NCBI GenBank assembly: GCA_019058245.1
Contig: JAHPZJ010000030.1
Location: forward strand, 64,001 to 128,000
Direction of reading: 5' to 3'
DNA: 64,000 nt
DNA from: Promethearchaeota archaeon
GTDB lineage: Archaea > Asgardarchaeota > Lokiarchaeia > Sigyniarchaeales > SOKP01
This document shows positions 30,064 to 40,994 of this stretch, one piece after another. The position numbers and the translations under genes are program-made. The number at the start of each line of letters is the position of its first letter. Within the stretch, counting starts at the first letter, position 1. The notes beneath the pieces were generated by a model. The model searched no databases, had not been told where the DNA came from, and saw only the letters and a program-made list of their open reading frames with translations.

Positions 30064-32859
30064 TCATCTTGTTAATTTCTTATGTTTTATTTCTCTATTT
30101 TTAAAAAATAAAATTAATCCTATGGGGATTATAATTGGTAAGACATAGAATAGAACTAAATTCAAAGCAGTGAGTTCTAAGTTAGTTTCAAAACTAAATC
30201 TTTCAATTTCATTATTAGAACTATCTTTTAACACAAATTTAAAGTTTTTAGTCCCAAATTCATAAGGATTTATAGTAGGGTTTACTTTTGCTACAATTCT
30301 ATTTTCTCCAGAATCTAATTCATCTAAATTAGTTGATATAGACTTCCCATTTAAATATAAAGAAAAATTTTCTGAATTTTCTTGGTTATTCTTAATTATT
30401 AATATTAAATAAGCTGGTTTACCTTGAGGTACTTCATCTGGAAAATTAACACTGATTAATTCAAATTTAGGGAGGATATTTACTTCAAATAACTCAGAAT
30501 AATATTCTGTGTTATATATTGAAATACTCATTCTAATACTAATTGTTTCTCTATTTATATTATCTAATGATTTTAAATAGTAAGAAACAGTCTTTATTTC
30601 ATTTTCCATAAGTACTTCCTCTTGAATAAAATCCTCAATATAACCCTCTTCACTTCCACTGAAGCTTACATTACAAGTTTGAGCTATATCAGGAAGAAAA
30701 TTCTTTAAAACCATTGATACCCTTATAGAATCGCCACTAACAATTTCACCTTGATATAATAAGTTACTATACTCAAAAGGATATCCAATTTCTATTGATT
30801 TTTTTATCTCTAAGTATATTACATTACCACTCTTAATTCTAAAATATATATCGGTATCTCCTGGAGTAGCACCTGATTTAGCAGCAAGATTAAAATCTAT
30901 TCGTTTTTCTTCAAAAGCAATAAAATCTATTTGTTGAGGAGGGTATACAATTAATTGGTCTCCCTCTAAGGAGGCTGTTAAATTTAAATTATTACTACGA
31001 GTATAATTTATGAATAAAGACACATTTATTACTGTTCCTTGAATTAAATTACTCACTAATCCCTCAATTGATAAATCATTTACTCCAGATATCACATTAA
31101 ATCGTTTTAAAGATGATGTTAATTTAAAGTAAGATGTATTAGCCCATATATATAAGTAATATCCATCTGTTATAGGGAAAGTATCTAGAATCGGATAAGT
31201 AAAAGAAAATGATGCTGTACCGTTAGTTAAGTTATTAAATTGGTTGAGTAAAACTTCATTTTGATCCTTAAAAATATGATTAATAGTATAATTAGTTATG
31301 TTATATTGTACTGTAAAAGGCAAATATTCTTTATTACTTGTATTATAATATTTTCTATTTATCTTAAAAGAATAAGTTGTTGTTAAATTCATTACATCTT
31401 GATTAAAAATAAAATCTGGTACATCTCCCGATTCATTGTAATTGCATTCCAAGGCTGTACTATTATAAATATTAAAAGCATCTAAATAAGCTTTACATAA
31501 TTTTATATTTGCATTGAATGATTTATCACTATCAGTTAAAGAATAATTATATGCATGGTTAATTTTATCATAAAGGTTAGATTCTATGGATTTGGACATA
31601 TTCACAGCTCTATCATAGTATGTTACATTTCCTGTAACTTCAAATAATTTCAAACATGCTCTCATCATCATGGCATTGCTATCAAGATTTATGTTTTTTT
31701 CTATATTATTCCAACTTTGGTCACATGAATTATTATAAAGTTTACTCTCAGTATCATATAGGTTTTTATCTAAGCTATTGTATAACTGTTTAGCCATAGT
31801 AAGATAATTAGAATCATTTTGCATTCCTGATGCGATCCAAAATTCTAATAATGTAATTATACCTAAAGCATTCGTGCTTAAGTGGTAATACGTTGACGTT
31901 GCTCCGACACTGTTCCATAGTATATTTGCATCATAGTAAAAAGCATGCTGACTACCATCCCACATCTTAGTATCAATTTTGTTCATAGTTAGATTTGCGA
32001 GTTGTAAAGCTCTATCTCTTAGAGTGTCATCTGATCTGAGATCATAAAAAGTGCGATGAAGTAATAGGTTTGCTAATATACTATAAAAGTTGCTTTCAGT
32101 ATATTTTACGTGGTCTCCTGTAGATGAAGAATTGGAATTATAGAATCCATAATTCACGTCATCCCAAAATTCCGAGGAGTTTATTAAATAAAAAATTTCT
32201 TTAATAGAATCAATTACGGATTCTTCACCAATAGATATACTTTCAAGATCATCAATTCCAATATTTTCAATTAGCAGAAAAATTGGTAAAAGATTATCAG
32301 TAAGGTATCTATTAGATTCCTTTACTTCTCCCGTTGTACCATTGATTGATTTTACAAACCCATACTCATAATTACTTATATTATCTTCAAACCAAAGAGT
32401 ACTGTTTTTTAGATTTAGATAAATTGAAAATGTCTCTAGATCATCTATTTCCGTTTTCATTAGAGAGTTATAATAGAGTAAATTGTCTTCTGAAAAAGTT
32501 GTATTATCAATAATAGCACCATCATTATCACCATATCTATAATAAGTAGAAATATCAAAATCTAAACTTGAAGTATAATTAATCTCAAAAAAATCTCGGA
32601 TTAAATCGAAATTTTTAGTGTATGGATCTTGCAGTAAAGATGTTGTAGAAGATGACTGCAGTTTATTAACCAATTGTTCAGAAGTGTTACTATTGTTTGT
32701 GTTGGAAAAATTATTTGAATATTCAGTTAAATAAGTAACATTGTTTATATGAATGAAATTAAGTAAGAGTAGAAATAAAAAGACGAAGCATATTATTATC
32801 TTTAAACCTTGGTTTTTCTGACTTCTTTTTGTGAAGTTGAACGGATTTGAAAATTTCAT
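30064..32859 (-). CDS. Large membrane-anchored extracellular protein with an (alpha/alpha)6-barrel-like N-domain and beta-sandwich C-domains
   Basis: N- and C-terminal TMs; repeated N-helix units (ESNFY, STNALGI, DSNAMMM) and W/Y-D...Y segments reminiscent of six-hairpin glycosidases (LFEVTGNVTYYDRA). Confidence 0.65.
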   Translation of the reverse strand: MKFSNPFNFTKRSQKNQGLKIIICFVFLFLLLLNFIHINNVTYLTEYSNNFSNTNNSNTSEQLVNKLQSSSTTSLLQDPYTKNFDLIRDFFEINYTSSLDFDISTYYRYGDNDGAIIDNTTFSEDNLLYYNSLMKTEIDDLETFSIYLNLKNSTLWFEDNISNYEYGFVKSINGTTGEVKESNRYLTDNLLPIFLLIENIGIDDLESISIGEESVIDSIKEIFYLINSSEFWDDVNYGFYNSNSSSTGDHVKYTESNFYSILANLLLHRTFYDLRSDDTLRDRALQLANLTMNKIDTKMWDGSQHAFYYDANILWNSVGATSTYYHLSTNALGIITLLEFWIASGMQNDSNYLTMAKQLYNSLDKNLYDTESKLYNNSCDQSWNNIEKNINLDSNAMMMRACLKLFEVTGNVTYYDRAVNMSKSIESNLYDKINHAYNYSLTDSDKSFNANIKLCKAYLDAFNIYNSTALECNYNESGDVPDFIFNQDVMNLTTTYSFKINRKYYNTSNKEYLPFTVQYNITNYTINHIFKDQNEVLLNQFNNLTNGTASFSFTYPILDTFPITDGYYLYIWANTSYFKLTSSLKRFNVISGVNDLSIEGLVSNLIQGTVINVSLFINYTRSNNLNLTASLEGDQLIVYPPQQIDFIAFEEKRIDFNLAAKSGATPGDTDIYFRIKSGNVIYLEIKKSIEIGYPFEYSNLLYQGEIVSGDSIRVSMVLKNFLPDIAQTCNVSFSGSEEGYIEDFIQEEVLMENEIKTVSYYLKSLDNINRETISIRMSISIYNTEYYSELFEVNILPKFELISVNFPDEVPQGKPAYLILIIKNNQENSENFSLYLNGKSISTNLDELDSGENRIVAKVNPTINPYEFGTKNFKFVLKDSSNNEIERFSFETNLELTALNLVLFYVLPIIIPIGLILFFKNREIKHKKLTR

Positions 32860-32995
32860 TATTACACTACTAGAGCAATTAAATAAGTATTTACCAAAGT
32901 TTCCTTATTAAATTATATTTGTAAAATATCCTTCTCTTTAAAATTTTTTCTGAAGATATCAAATAGATCAAAATATTTAGCAAAATTGTAAGTAT

Positions 32996-34489
32996 TTACT
33001 CTTCTTGCTTCTTTTTTATTATATTAGCAAGTTCCGAGATGTTTAACCTTTTTTGATCCATTGAATCACGTTCTCTAATGGTTACTGTATTATCTTCTAA
33101 TGATTCATAATCAATAGTTATGCACCATTTTGTTCCTAATTCGTCTTGTCTTCGATATCTTTTTCCTATAGAGCCCGCAGCGTCAAAGAATGAATTAATA
33201 CGATTTTCTAATAATTCTCTATGGATTTTTAAAGCTAATTTTTTAATATCTTCTTTATTTTTAACGAGTGGAAAAACAGCTACGGTATTGGGCGCTAATC
33301 TTTGATTTATCTTTAAATTAATTCTTCCTTGATCTATTATGAAATTAGTTTCTAAGAGTGTATATATTATTCTATCAATTCCAAATGCAATTTCGAGAAC
33401 TTGTGGTACTTCTTTAATTTTTGAATCAGAACCCATACTAACTTCGAAATTTTGTTTTGAATATTCAGCATGCCTTTTTAAATCATAATCAGTTCTATCA
33501 TGAATACCACAAATTTCTACCCATCCAAATTGCCTTGTTTTAATTTCTAAATCCCATGCATCATCAGCATAATGAGCTCGCTCATTAATAGAATGCTGTC
33601 TAAATCGTATTAATGGTTCTGGAATACCTAATATTTTAGTTAAGTGATAACCTATAAATAAACAATAAGCATAAGCTGGTTTTTTAAGAATTCCATTTTT
33701 TATAGCATTGTCAAGCGATATCGCATTAATTTTACTGTCATCTTTTTCTTGTTGTTTCCAGTCTAGGAGGGGTAATTTTTCATTTTTAACCTCATTAAAT
33801 TCTTCAAAGTTCATTTCCAATTCCTTACTTATAAAAATTTGCAGTTCGAATTGATCAAAAGCTCTCATTCTGAGGACTCCTTGCCTTGGTGATATTTCAT
33901 TTCTGTAAGCTTTGCCAAATTGGAAAATTTTTATAGGATATTGTCGTCGAGCATCTTGATTTAATCGATTAAATAATAAATAAGTAGTTGTAGCTGTTTC
34001 TGGACGTAGATAAGCAATTGTATTATTTCCTACAGAGGTTTTTAACATCAAGTTATATTCTTCTATTCTCTCAAATGGTATATCACATTTAGGGCAAGTT
34101 AAGTTATATTTTTCAATTAAAATTTCCATTTCTTTAAACGATAATCCCTCTCTTACTTGATCTGGTAAATTTTCTTGAAGAAATTTATCTGCTCTATATA
34201 GGGTTTTACATTTATTACATCTTATTACAGGATCGATAAATCTTTCTAAGTGCCCTGAGGCTTCCCATACAATACTGGGCATAATTGTTGGGCACTCAAC
34301 CTCCCCAAATCCAAAATAACGACATTCTCGTCTGAAAATATCTAATATATTATTTTTAAGAGCCATCCCTGCTGGACCATAAGAATAAAACCCTGCAAAT
34401 CCTCCATAAATTTCTGGTGAGGGGCCCCATATGAATCCCCTTCTCCTAAGCAATGAATTAAAGGTTTCTATGTTATCTTCGATCTTCAT
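32996..34489 (-). CDS. glyS: Glycyl-tRNA synthetase (archaeal/eukaryotic homodimeric type)
   Basis: RRGF, EIYGG, WEASGH, YLRPETA, GKAYRNEISPRQG, RAHYA, FGIDR, GSIGKRYRRQDELGT. Confidence 0.96.
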   Translation of the reverse strand: MKIEDNIETFNSLLRRRGFIWGPSPEIYGGFAGFYSYGPAGMALKNNILDIFRRECRYFGFGEVECPTIMPSIVWEASGHLERFIDPVIRCNKCKTLYRADKFLQENLPDQVREGLSFKEMEILIEKYNLTCPKCDIPFERIEEYNLMLKTSVGNNTIAYLRPETATTTYLLFNRLNQDARRQYPIKIFQFGKAYRNEISPRQGVLRMRAFDQFELQIFISKELEMNFEEFNEVKNEKLPLLDWKQQEKDDSKINAISLDNAIKNGILKKPAYAYCLFIGYHLTKILGIPEPLIRFRQHSINERAHYADDAWDLEIKTRQFGWVEICGIHDRTDYDLKRHAEYSKQNFEVSMGSDSKIKEVPQVLEIAFGIDRIIYTLLETNFIIDQGRINLKINQRLAPNTVAVFPLVKNKEDIKKLALKIHRELLENRINSFFDAAGSIGKRYRRQDELGTKWCITIDYESLEDNTVTIRERDSMDQKRLNISELANIIKKKQEE

Positions 34490-34616
34490 ATAGTTTTAAA
34501 AAGTGTTTGATTCTATTTGTATTTTAAGAATTTGAAAAAATAAAATTAAATTTTTATAAGAGAAATATAATAATATTATTATTATTTCTTAAAAGTTAAA
34601 AAAAAATTGACTTGTC

Positions 34617-35483
34617 ATGTTATTTCAAGATAACTTCCAGTATTTTGGATTTTGGGACGCTATTGAGATGGGCCTTTATTTTGTGATCGTTGGCTATTTT
34701 CTTTTACTATTTTTCTACTTCTTATTTCTTAGATATAGGAATTCTAAGAAGCTATATTGGTTATTTTTTAGTTTGTTTTTCTTATGTTTTGGCATTGCAA
34801 GAGTTTTTTTTATTATTTATTATTTTTTCGGTCCAGAACTATATGATGGAACGAATGGTACTAATGTGGTTGATTTTTTAATGTTAAATTATCGTTTAGC
34901 TACATTCTTTACGTGGATGGGAGTAACATGTATGGTCGGTGTTTTAGGAATTCTCCTATTTCCACCTGAAACACAAGAGGTAAAAAAAGGAGAAAAATCT
35001 GTTATAGAATGGTTTAAGAACAGGAAAAACATCGAATTACTTGTTCGAGTAGGATTATGTGCTCTTCCTATTATTATAGGAATTCTATCTTTAACACTGT
35101 CTGAATGGCTTTTTATGGATCCTGATTTTGTCTTGTCGCCTCCTGATGGTTATGGTATACCTGATAATATTATTAAAATTCCAATAGGATCATGGGAATA
35201 TCCTCTCGGCAGGTTTCTATTTAATTTTATTTTTATGCCATTGTTCCTCGTTTTGATTCCTTTTATCTTTTTATATTTAGCTTGGAAAACTTTTGGAGTA
35301 TTAAGAAGATCCTATGCTTTAAATGCTATTGGGCTTATTCTTTATTTTGGTGGGGGAAGAATCTTACAAGGTGCTCTGGATGTCGCAATATTACCTCATT
35401 TAAGAGCAATAATGCCTCCATTGATAATATTACTTGCACTTCTTATTTTGGTAATCGCAAATAATTACGAACAGCTTAAATAA
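34617..35483 (+). CDS. Hypothetical ~7-TM membrane protein
   Basis: About seven hydrophobic segments; no retinal-binding Lys in the last helix. Confidence 0.7.
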   Translation: MLFQDNFQYFGFWDAIEMGLYFVIVGYFLLLFFYFLFLRYRNSKKLYWLFFSLFFLCFGIARVFFIIYYFFGPELYDGTNGTNVVDFLMLNYRLATFFTWMGVTCMVGVLGILLFPPETQEVKKGEKSVIEWFKNRKNIELLVRVGLCALPIIIGILSLTLSEWLFMDPDFVLSPPDGYGIPDNIIKIPIGSWEYPLGRFLFNFIFMPLFLVLIPFIFLYLAWKTFGVLRRSYALNAIGLILYFGGGRILQGALDVAILPHLRAIMPPLIILLALLILVIANNYEQLK

Positions 35484-35671
35484 AATGGTTTTCCTTTTTA
35501 CTATTATAATATTTTTTTATTAAGTGATTTTTATATATTAGCTAAGAAATAATCTTTTAAATTAAATTGATTAAAATAAAAAAGATTAAAAATTTAAAAT
35601 TGAACCTATTTAAATTTAATATAGAAGATATATACATTAAAGAGTTTAATTAAAAATTCAAGTTAAAATCC

Positions 35672-37306
35672 ATGACAGTACACGGAAATCAGTATTTATT
35701 ACCATTTTTTATAAGAAAAGACTCACGTCCTCTTTCAATTCAAGGAAATGAGGAATTATCTTTAGCATTTTATCTTTTAACTAAAGATTTAGGAAAAAAT
35801 CAAAAAATATTATCTTTTTCTAGGCTTCTTTGGCCTATTTTAAGTATTCAAGGTGTTATAAGTACTCACATCATGTTAGATGGATTAAATATTTTTAAGA
35901 ACAAAGGCAGATATTCAAATCCACCTCGTCAACCTTTAATTGGACATATTCTAAGAAACATAGATAATAAATCTACATTTGAAATATTGCAAAGGATTAT
36001 TGATGTTTTAGGATATAAAGATAAAGAAGCCGAAGAAATTGGCGAAGGGGAAGAATCTGAATTTCACACACTAAAAATCGATGGTTTAATTAATCCTTCA
36101 TTTCTTCAATTATTATTAAAAATAATTCCATTAATTGAATATAAGCCGATTGGTGACTATACCGTACTAGATTCTAGTATTTCAACTGAACTTGCTTTAA
36201 ACATTTCTGAGGGGTATCGTCAAATAATCAATACGATGAAAGGAAATGCCTTAAGATGGAAAACTCAAATTGAATTAATAAATAAGGAAGTAAATAAATG
36301 GCTAATCGAAATTAATGTTCAACTTAAAGATATTGATTCGCGTTATTCTAGCCAAATAACCAAAACCTCATCATCAATAGATACTTCCCAAGTTGATGAA
36401 CAGACTAAAATAGAATATGATAAAATCGACCAGTGGAGTGTGAATGAGAAGAAAAAAATAATTGAAAATATCACTACTCTATTTAAAACTTCGGAAAGAC
36501 AACTAGAAGAAATAATAAAGAAAAACAAATTCTTTACTAGTGGAGATTCTCTAAAGAGTAAAGTATTCACAGATATTCTTCCTCATTTTGAAAATCAATT
36601 CAATTATTTAAAAGAGGAAGGAAAGAAATTTTTGGAATCTCTTGACAGTCTTCATCATAAATTTATTGAAATGAAAGAACAAGGAGTCCAAATCGATATT
36701 CAAGCAAAACAAAAATTAGAACAAATTAAAGATTCATTACACCTAAAACTCAAAGATAGGAATAAACAGTTAGCTGAATTTGAAAGTGAAAAAGAAGTTA
36801 AAATTTCTAAATTAGAAAATGTAAAATCTGAATTAGAAGATTCAATTTCAAATATCAAGAGAATTATACAAAATAAACAAAATACATGTTTACAAGAAGC
36901 TCAAAAGTTAATTGAATGGTCCCTCAATGATAATCAATCTGATTTATTTTCCCGCCCCATTCAATGGATTTATATGCCGATATATACCATGTTTATTGAA
37001 GATGAAGATAATCTGGAAGAATATATGAATATTATATTTCCTGGGTATATAACTAATAATCCAGAGGAATTATATGAAGATATAACTGATGCTTTTATTA
37101 GTCTGAAAAATATGGTAAATGAAAGAGTAGAAACAGACATGGCTACACGATCAAATTTTGAATTTTCTTGTGAACGTAAGAATTTAATTAAAGATCCTAA
37201 CCTTAAAAAGAGAATTCAATTAGGATTATCAAAATTAAGAGAAAAAAATTTACTTAATGAAGATATAGAAAAAAGTATTCATGAAATTTTGAATCTTATT
37301 ACCTAG
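35672..37306 (+). CDS. Hypothetical protein with a long central coiled coil
   Basis: 544-aa ORF with an E/K/Q-rich heptad-like region flanked by globular segments (RLLWP...IYMPIY). Confidence 0.75.
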   Translation: MTVHGNQYLLPFFIRKDSRPLSIQGNEELSLAFYLLTKDLGKNQKILSFSRLLWPILSIQGVISTHIMLDGLNIFKNKGRYSNPPRQPLIGHILRNIDNKSTFEILQRIIDVLGYKDKEAEEIGEGEESEFHTLKIDGLINPSFLQLLLKIIPLIEYKPIGDYTVLDSSISTELALNISEGYRQIINTMKGNALRWKTQIELINKEVNKWLIEINVQLKDIDSRYSSQITKTSSSIDTSQVDEQTKIEYDKIDQWSVNEKKKIIENITTLFKTSERQLEEIIKKNKFFTSGDSLKSKVFTDILPHFENQFNYLKEEGKKFLESLDSLHHKFIEMKEQGVQIDIQAKQKLEQIKDSLHLKLKDRNKQLAEFESEKEVKISKLENVKSELEDSISNIKRIIQNKQNTCLQEAQKLIEWSLNDNQSDLFSRPIQWIYMPIYTMFIEDEDNLEEYMNIIFPGYITNNPEELYEDITDAFISLKNMVNERVETDMATRSNFEFSCERKNLIKDPNLKKRIQLGLSKLREKNLLNEDIEKSIHEILNLIT

Positions 37307-37326
37307 GACAATATTTTTCCAATATT

Positions 37327-38010
37327 ATGGCAAAATCAAGATTCGACTATAAGAAAAAATTAGATCTTAAAAAAAGAAAAATTAGAGCTTTTTTTTCATC
37401 TATTGAAACAAAGAGGAAAAGAAAAGAAGAAATTGACAGCGAAGTAGAGGAAATTTATCAAGATGGGATGGTTTATATTCAAATGAAACTTCCTGTCGAG
37501 AAAATTACTGATCAATTTGCAGATAGAATTAAGGAAAAGATAGAACATAGCATTATTAAGGCACAGATCCGAGAAGCTAATAAAGCAGATTTAGACAGTT
37601 TAAAAAATATCTATAATCGTGCTTGGTTAACCTCTAACACACCATATCGTCCTATAACAAAAACTGAACTTCAAAAAATCCTTGAGTATCCTGAAACTGT
37701 ATTCCTCATTGCAAAAGTATATGGAACTGATGCTGCTTTTGTTCTTTTAGACTTTGAAGGGAAAAATAAAGAAATTGCGATAATAGCTGCCTTAGGGGTA
37801 ATTCCTAGATTTCAAAGAAAAGGTCTTGGATCGGTTTTAGGTACAGCAAGTTGGCAATACCTTAAAGAGAGATATCCTAATCTAAAAGAAATTCGATGTG
37901 AAGTTTATAAAGATAATTTTGTCTCATACTCTTTTATAAAACAAATAGGATTTGAAGAGTATGGTAGAAAAGTCTATAGAAAGCAAGATTTCGAGTTATC
38001 TGAAAGTTAA
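37327..38010 (+). CDS. GNAT-family N-acetyltransferase
   Basis: IREANKADL, LGVIPRFQRKGLGS (motif A), N...F...GF; basic N-terminal extension. Confidence 0.88.
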   Translation: MAKSRFDYKKKLDLKKRKIRAFFSSIETKRKRKEEIDSEVEEIYQDGMVYIQMKLPVEKITDQFADRIKEKIEHSIIKAQIREANKADLDSLKNIYNRAWLTSNTPYRPITKTELQKILEYPETVFLIAKVYGTDAAFVLLDFEGKNKEIAIIAALGVIPRFQRKGLGSVLGTASWQYLKERYPNLKEIRCEVYKDNFVSYSFIKQIGFEEYGRKVYRKQDFELSES

Positions 38011-38061
38011 ATTAATACAGCAAAATTGAATAAATCTCCTTTACATAAAGTCTACAGAATA

Positions 38062-39495
38062 TTAATAATTATTTTGATTCTTTAATGAGTTTATTTTTTC
38101 CTTTAATAAGTTCATATTATATTCATCTTGGATATTTTGATAATGATCCTTGGCACTTTCGAAATTGGATATTGCCATATCAGTCATACCTTTAAAAAGA
38201 TAAATATCACCTAATTTGTGATAAATTATCGCACATTCTTTAGTATATTCTAAATCTTCATAAATATTTAATGCTTCTTCAATATACTTTATAGCTTTAA
38301 AAGTATCCTCCTCATATTCTAAAAAAATTTTACCTATTTTATATTTAAGTTCAGCATTTTTCATTTTATCTCCAAATTTATAAAAAATTTCACATGCTAG
38401 ATTATAATAATCAATTGCTCTTCCAATATCTCCCTTAGATATATTTAATTCTGCTAAGTTTTCTAAAATCTCTCCTTCTTTAATATTATCACCAATTTCA
38501 TATAAACGCACTGCCTCTAAACTTTGGAGAAAAAGATTTTCAGCTTTGGTAAGATTATCCCATAAACGATAAATTTTTCCTAAATAAAAAAAGCATTCCC
38601 ACTCTAATTTTGCTTTAATATAAACATTGATATTTTCTTTTAGACCTTCAATTATCTCTAAGGCCTTAGTTAAGTATTGATAAGATTCATTATAGTCTTC
38701 GCCCATAAAATAATATAACTTTCCATATTTAAGCTCTGTTGTAATAAGCCCATAGAGATCCTCATTATCTTTAAAAAAACTCAGATTTCTTTCTAAAATT
38801 CTTTTAATCTGGTCATAATCTTTTAATAAAAAAAGAACTTCAACCAAATTACTAGATGATTTTGCCTCTTCAAAAATAAGATTTTCTTGTTGAGAAAGTT
38901 TATAAGCTTCTTGATAATAATGATAGGATTGCTCTAGGTCTTTAATTAAGAAATATACATTACCTAAATTATTAAAAATTTTGATAATTTTTGATTTATC
39001 CTTTAATTTATTTAAAGTCTCGAAAGCCCTATTAAAATGATATATTGCTTGGTCAAAAAATCCATTATCCTCTTGAATAATTCCTAATTCATTATGACAA
39101 ATAGCTACATTAAGTAAATCATTTTCCTCCTTAAAATTATCAAGTGCTAATTCTAAGGTTTTCAATGCCTTTGGTATGTCTCTTTTTTTATAATATAAAC
39201 TTGATTTTTCTAATAATAAGGATCCAGGAATTGGTTCTCCTATAACTTCTTTGTTTTCTAAAGTTGAATCTATTTCATTTATCTTTTGATCAATTTCTTC
39301 ATCATTAATAATTATATCATCATATGCATTATCATTTTCTTCCAGATCTAAGTGATAAATCTCAGGTTCATTATAATTAAATCTCACATTTTTCTCTAAA
39401 GCATTCTCTAGATTTGCAATTAAAGGTTTATTACAATTTCTACAGTAAGACCAATAATCCTCAATAGGGCTTTTGCAATAAGGACATATCTTCAT
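38062..39495 (-). CDS. Zinc-ribbon plus tetratricopeptide repeat protein
   Basis: CPYC-x10-CRNC N-terminus; repeated LG..Y....A...Y..AL TPR units. Confidence 0.88.
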   Translation of the reverse strand: MKICPYCKSPIEDYWSYCRNCNKPLIANLENALEKNVRFNYNEPEIYHLDLEENDNAYDDIIINDEEIDQKINEIDSTLENKEVIGEPIPGSLLLEKSSLYYKKRDIPKALKTLELALDNFKEENDLLNVAICHNELGIIQEDNGFFDQAIYHFNRAFETLNKLKDKSKIIKIFNNLGNVYFLIKDLEQSYHYYQEAYKLSQQENLIFEEAKSSSNLVEVLFLLKDYDQIKRILERNLSFFKDNEDLYGLITTELKYGKLYYFMGEDYNESYQYLTKALEIIEGLKENINVYIKAKLEWECFFYLGKIYRLWDNLTKAENLFLQSLEAVRLYEIGDNIKEGEILENLAELNISKGDIGRAIDYYNLACEIFYKFGDKMKNAELKYKIGKIFLEYEEDTFKAIKYIEEALNIYEDLEYTKECAIIYHKLGDIYLFKGMTDMAISNFESAKDHYQNIQDEYNMNLLKEKINSLKNQNNY

Positions 39496-39623
39496 AAGTA
39501 TAAGCGAATTAATTTTATGAAGTGAATACTCTTAAAATAGAAATACAAATGAATTTATTTATAATTAATTAATATCAAAACCTAAAAAAAAACAAGAAAT
39601 TCTTAGCAACTTTAAAGCACTAA

Positions 39624-40334
39624 CTATTTAAATTCTTTTATTATTTGAATTATTTCAGTAAATTTGCATATCTCATAATCAGGTTCAATATTTTCTAATT
39701 TTGGTAATTTTGATTCATTAAACCAAATAGTATAAAAATTACAATCTTTAGCTCCTTTAATATCGGTTTCTAGATTATCTCCAATATGTATTACATTCTG
39801 AGGCCTACATTTTAAGTGTTCTAATGCAGTTTCAAATAATATCTTATGTGGTTTATAATAACCAATTTCATCGGAATAAATCATTGCTTTAAAATATTTA
39901 AATATTTCATATCTCTGAAAAATTTTATTAATAATACGTCCGGGTGTTACTCCTGTATTGGAAATAAGACCTAATTTATAATTTGAGGATAATTCTTCTA
40001 TGGTTTTTATTACTCCCATTTTCAATAATGGTGGATCTCTCAACATAGCTCCTTCAAATCTATTTTTAATTAAATTTATATCAATTTCACTTAATTTAAT
40101 TTTAAGATTTTTTAGTAAATTGGTTATACGTTGTTCTGTGTAAATATGATTATTCTTTTTATAGTTACGTTCTGGTAAATAAAATGCTAAATGAAAAGCC
40201 TTTTTTATCTCTTCCAAGCTTATAGCAATATGTTTTTTTTCTAAAAACTGAATAAAAAAATCTAATCGAAAATCTGAATAAGATTTATTATTAAATATTG
40301 TATTCCAGAGATCAAGAGTAATAGTGTAAATCAT
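39624..40334 (-). CDS. HAD-superfamily hydrolase
   Basis: DLWNT, ISNT, KP, HIGDNLETDIKGA. Confidence 0.9.
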   Translation of the reverse strand: MIYTITLDLWNTIFNNKSYSDFRLDFFIQFLEKKHIAISLEEIKKAFHLAFYLPERNYKKNNHIYTEQRITNLLKNLKIKLSEIDINLIKNRFEGAMLRDPPLLKMGVIKTIEELSSNYKLGLISNTGVTPGRIINKIFQRYEIFKYFKAMIYSDEIGYYKPHKILFETALEHLKCRPQNVIHIGDNLETDIKGAKDCNFYTIWFNESKLPKLENIEPDYEICKFTEIIQIIKEFK

Positions 40335-40497
40335 TTATTATTTAATTTCTAAAACTATATGTTTTTTAAATTATTTCTTTCTCTTATAAAAGAATTTTTT
40401 ACAATTTAGTAACATATAAATTTCAAATTTGAATATTATTAATAATCCAATTTTAACATAATCTAATTATAATAATTATTTTAATGGAGATTTTATT

Positions 40498-40803
40498 ATG
40501 CCAAAATTTCTAGTTATTCATCCTGTATCAAGGAAAATGATGGAAGCAAATCTAAATATACCTCCAGAAAAAAATAAACTAGTTATCGATTTGCGTTCCC
40601 ATTGTTCTAATGATGCTTATTGGATTAGATCTATTAATGTACCAGAATTAGAAAAGATGTTCTGTGAATGGAATGCTAAAGATGCTGAATCAATACAGAA
40701 AATACTCGATGCAGCTGATTGGATGACAACCGAAGGAATTTATGAAATGCAGATAGTAGATGCAGAAAGTTTTAGAGAGAAATTAGAAGAAATAACTGTA
40801 TAA
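40498..40803 (+). CDS. Small protein, DUF4242-like
   Basis: MPKFLVIH...WIRS...KMFCEWNAKDAESI pattern. Confidence 0.6.
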   Translation: MPKFLVIHPVSRKMMEANLNIPPEKNKLVIDLRSHCSNDAYWIRSINVPELEKMFCEWNAKDAESIQKILDAADWMTTEGIYEMQIVDAESFREKLEEITV

Positions 40804-40994
40804 TTTATTTCACTTTTTACTATTTTTTTTTTATTTTTTTACATTTTAATGGATCAACTGTGTGATTTATTATTAGTTATAATTTTATCTATTTATCAAG
40901 ATACCTTGACACTTTTTTGGATTTATCAAAAATAATTAAAGGGATTAAAATTTTCATTATTAAAAAATTTCGATTTTGTAAAAAGTGAATAACA

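Noticed and set aside
28329-30100. ER-retrieval-like di-lysine signals in the surface protein tails (KIKRKL, KHKKLTR)
   Set aside because: The lysines are not at the canonical -3/-4 or -3/-5 positions; explained by the positive-inside rule and AT bias
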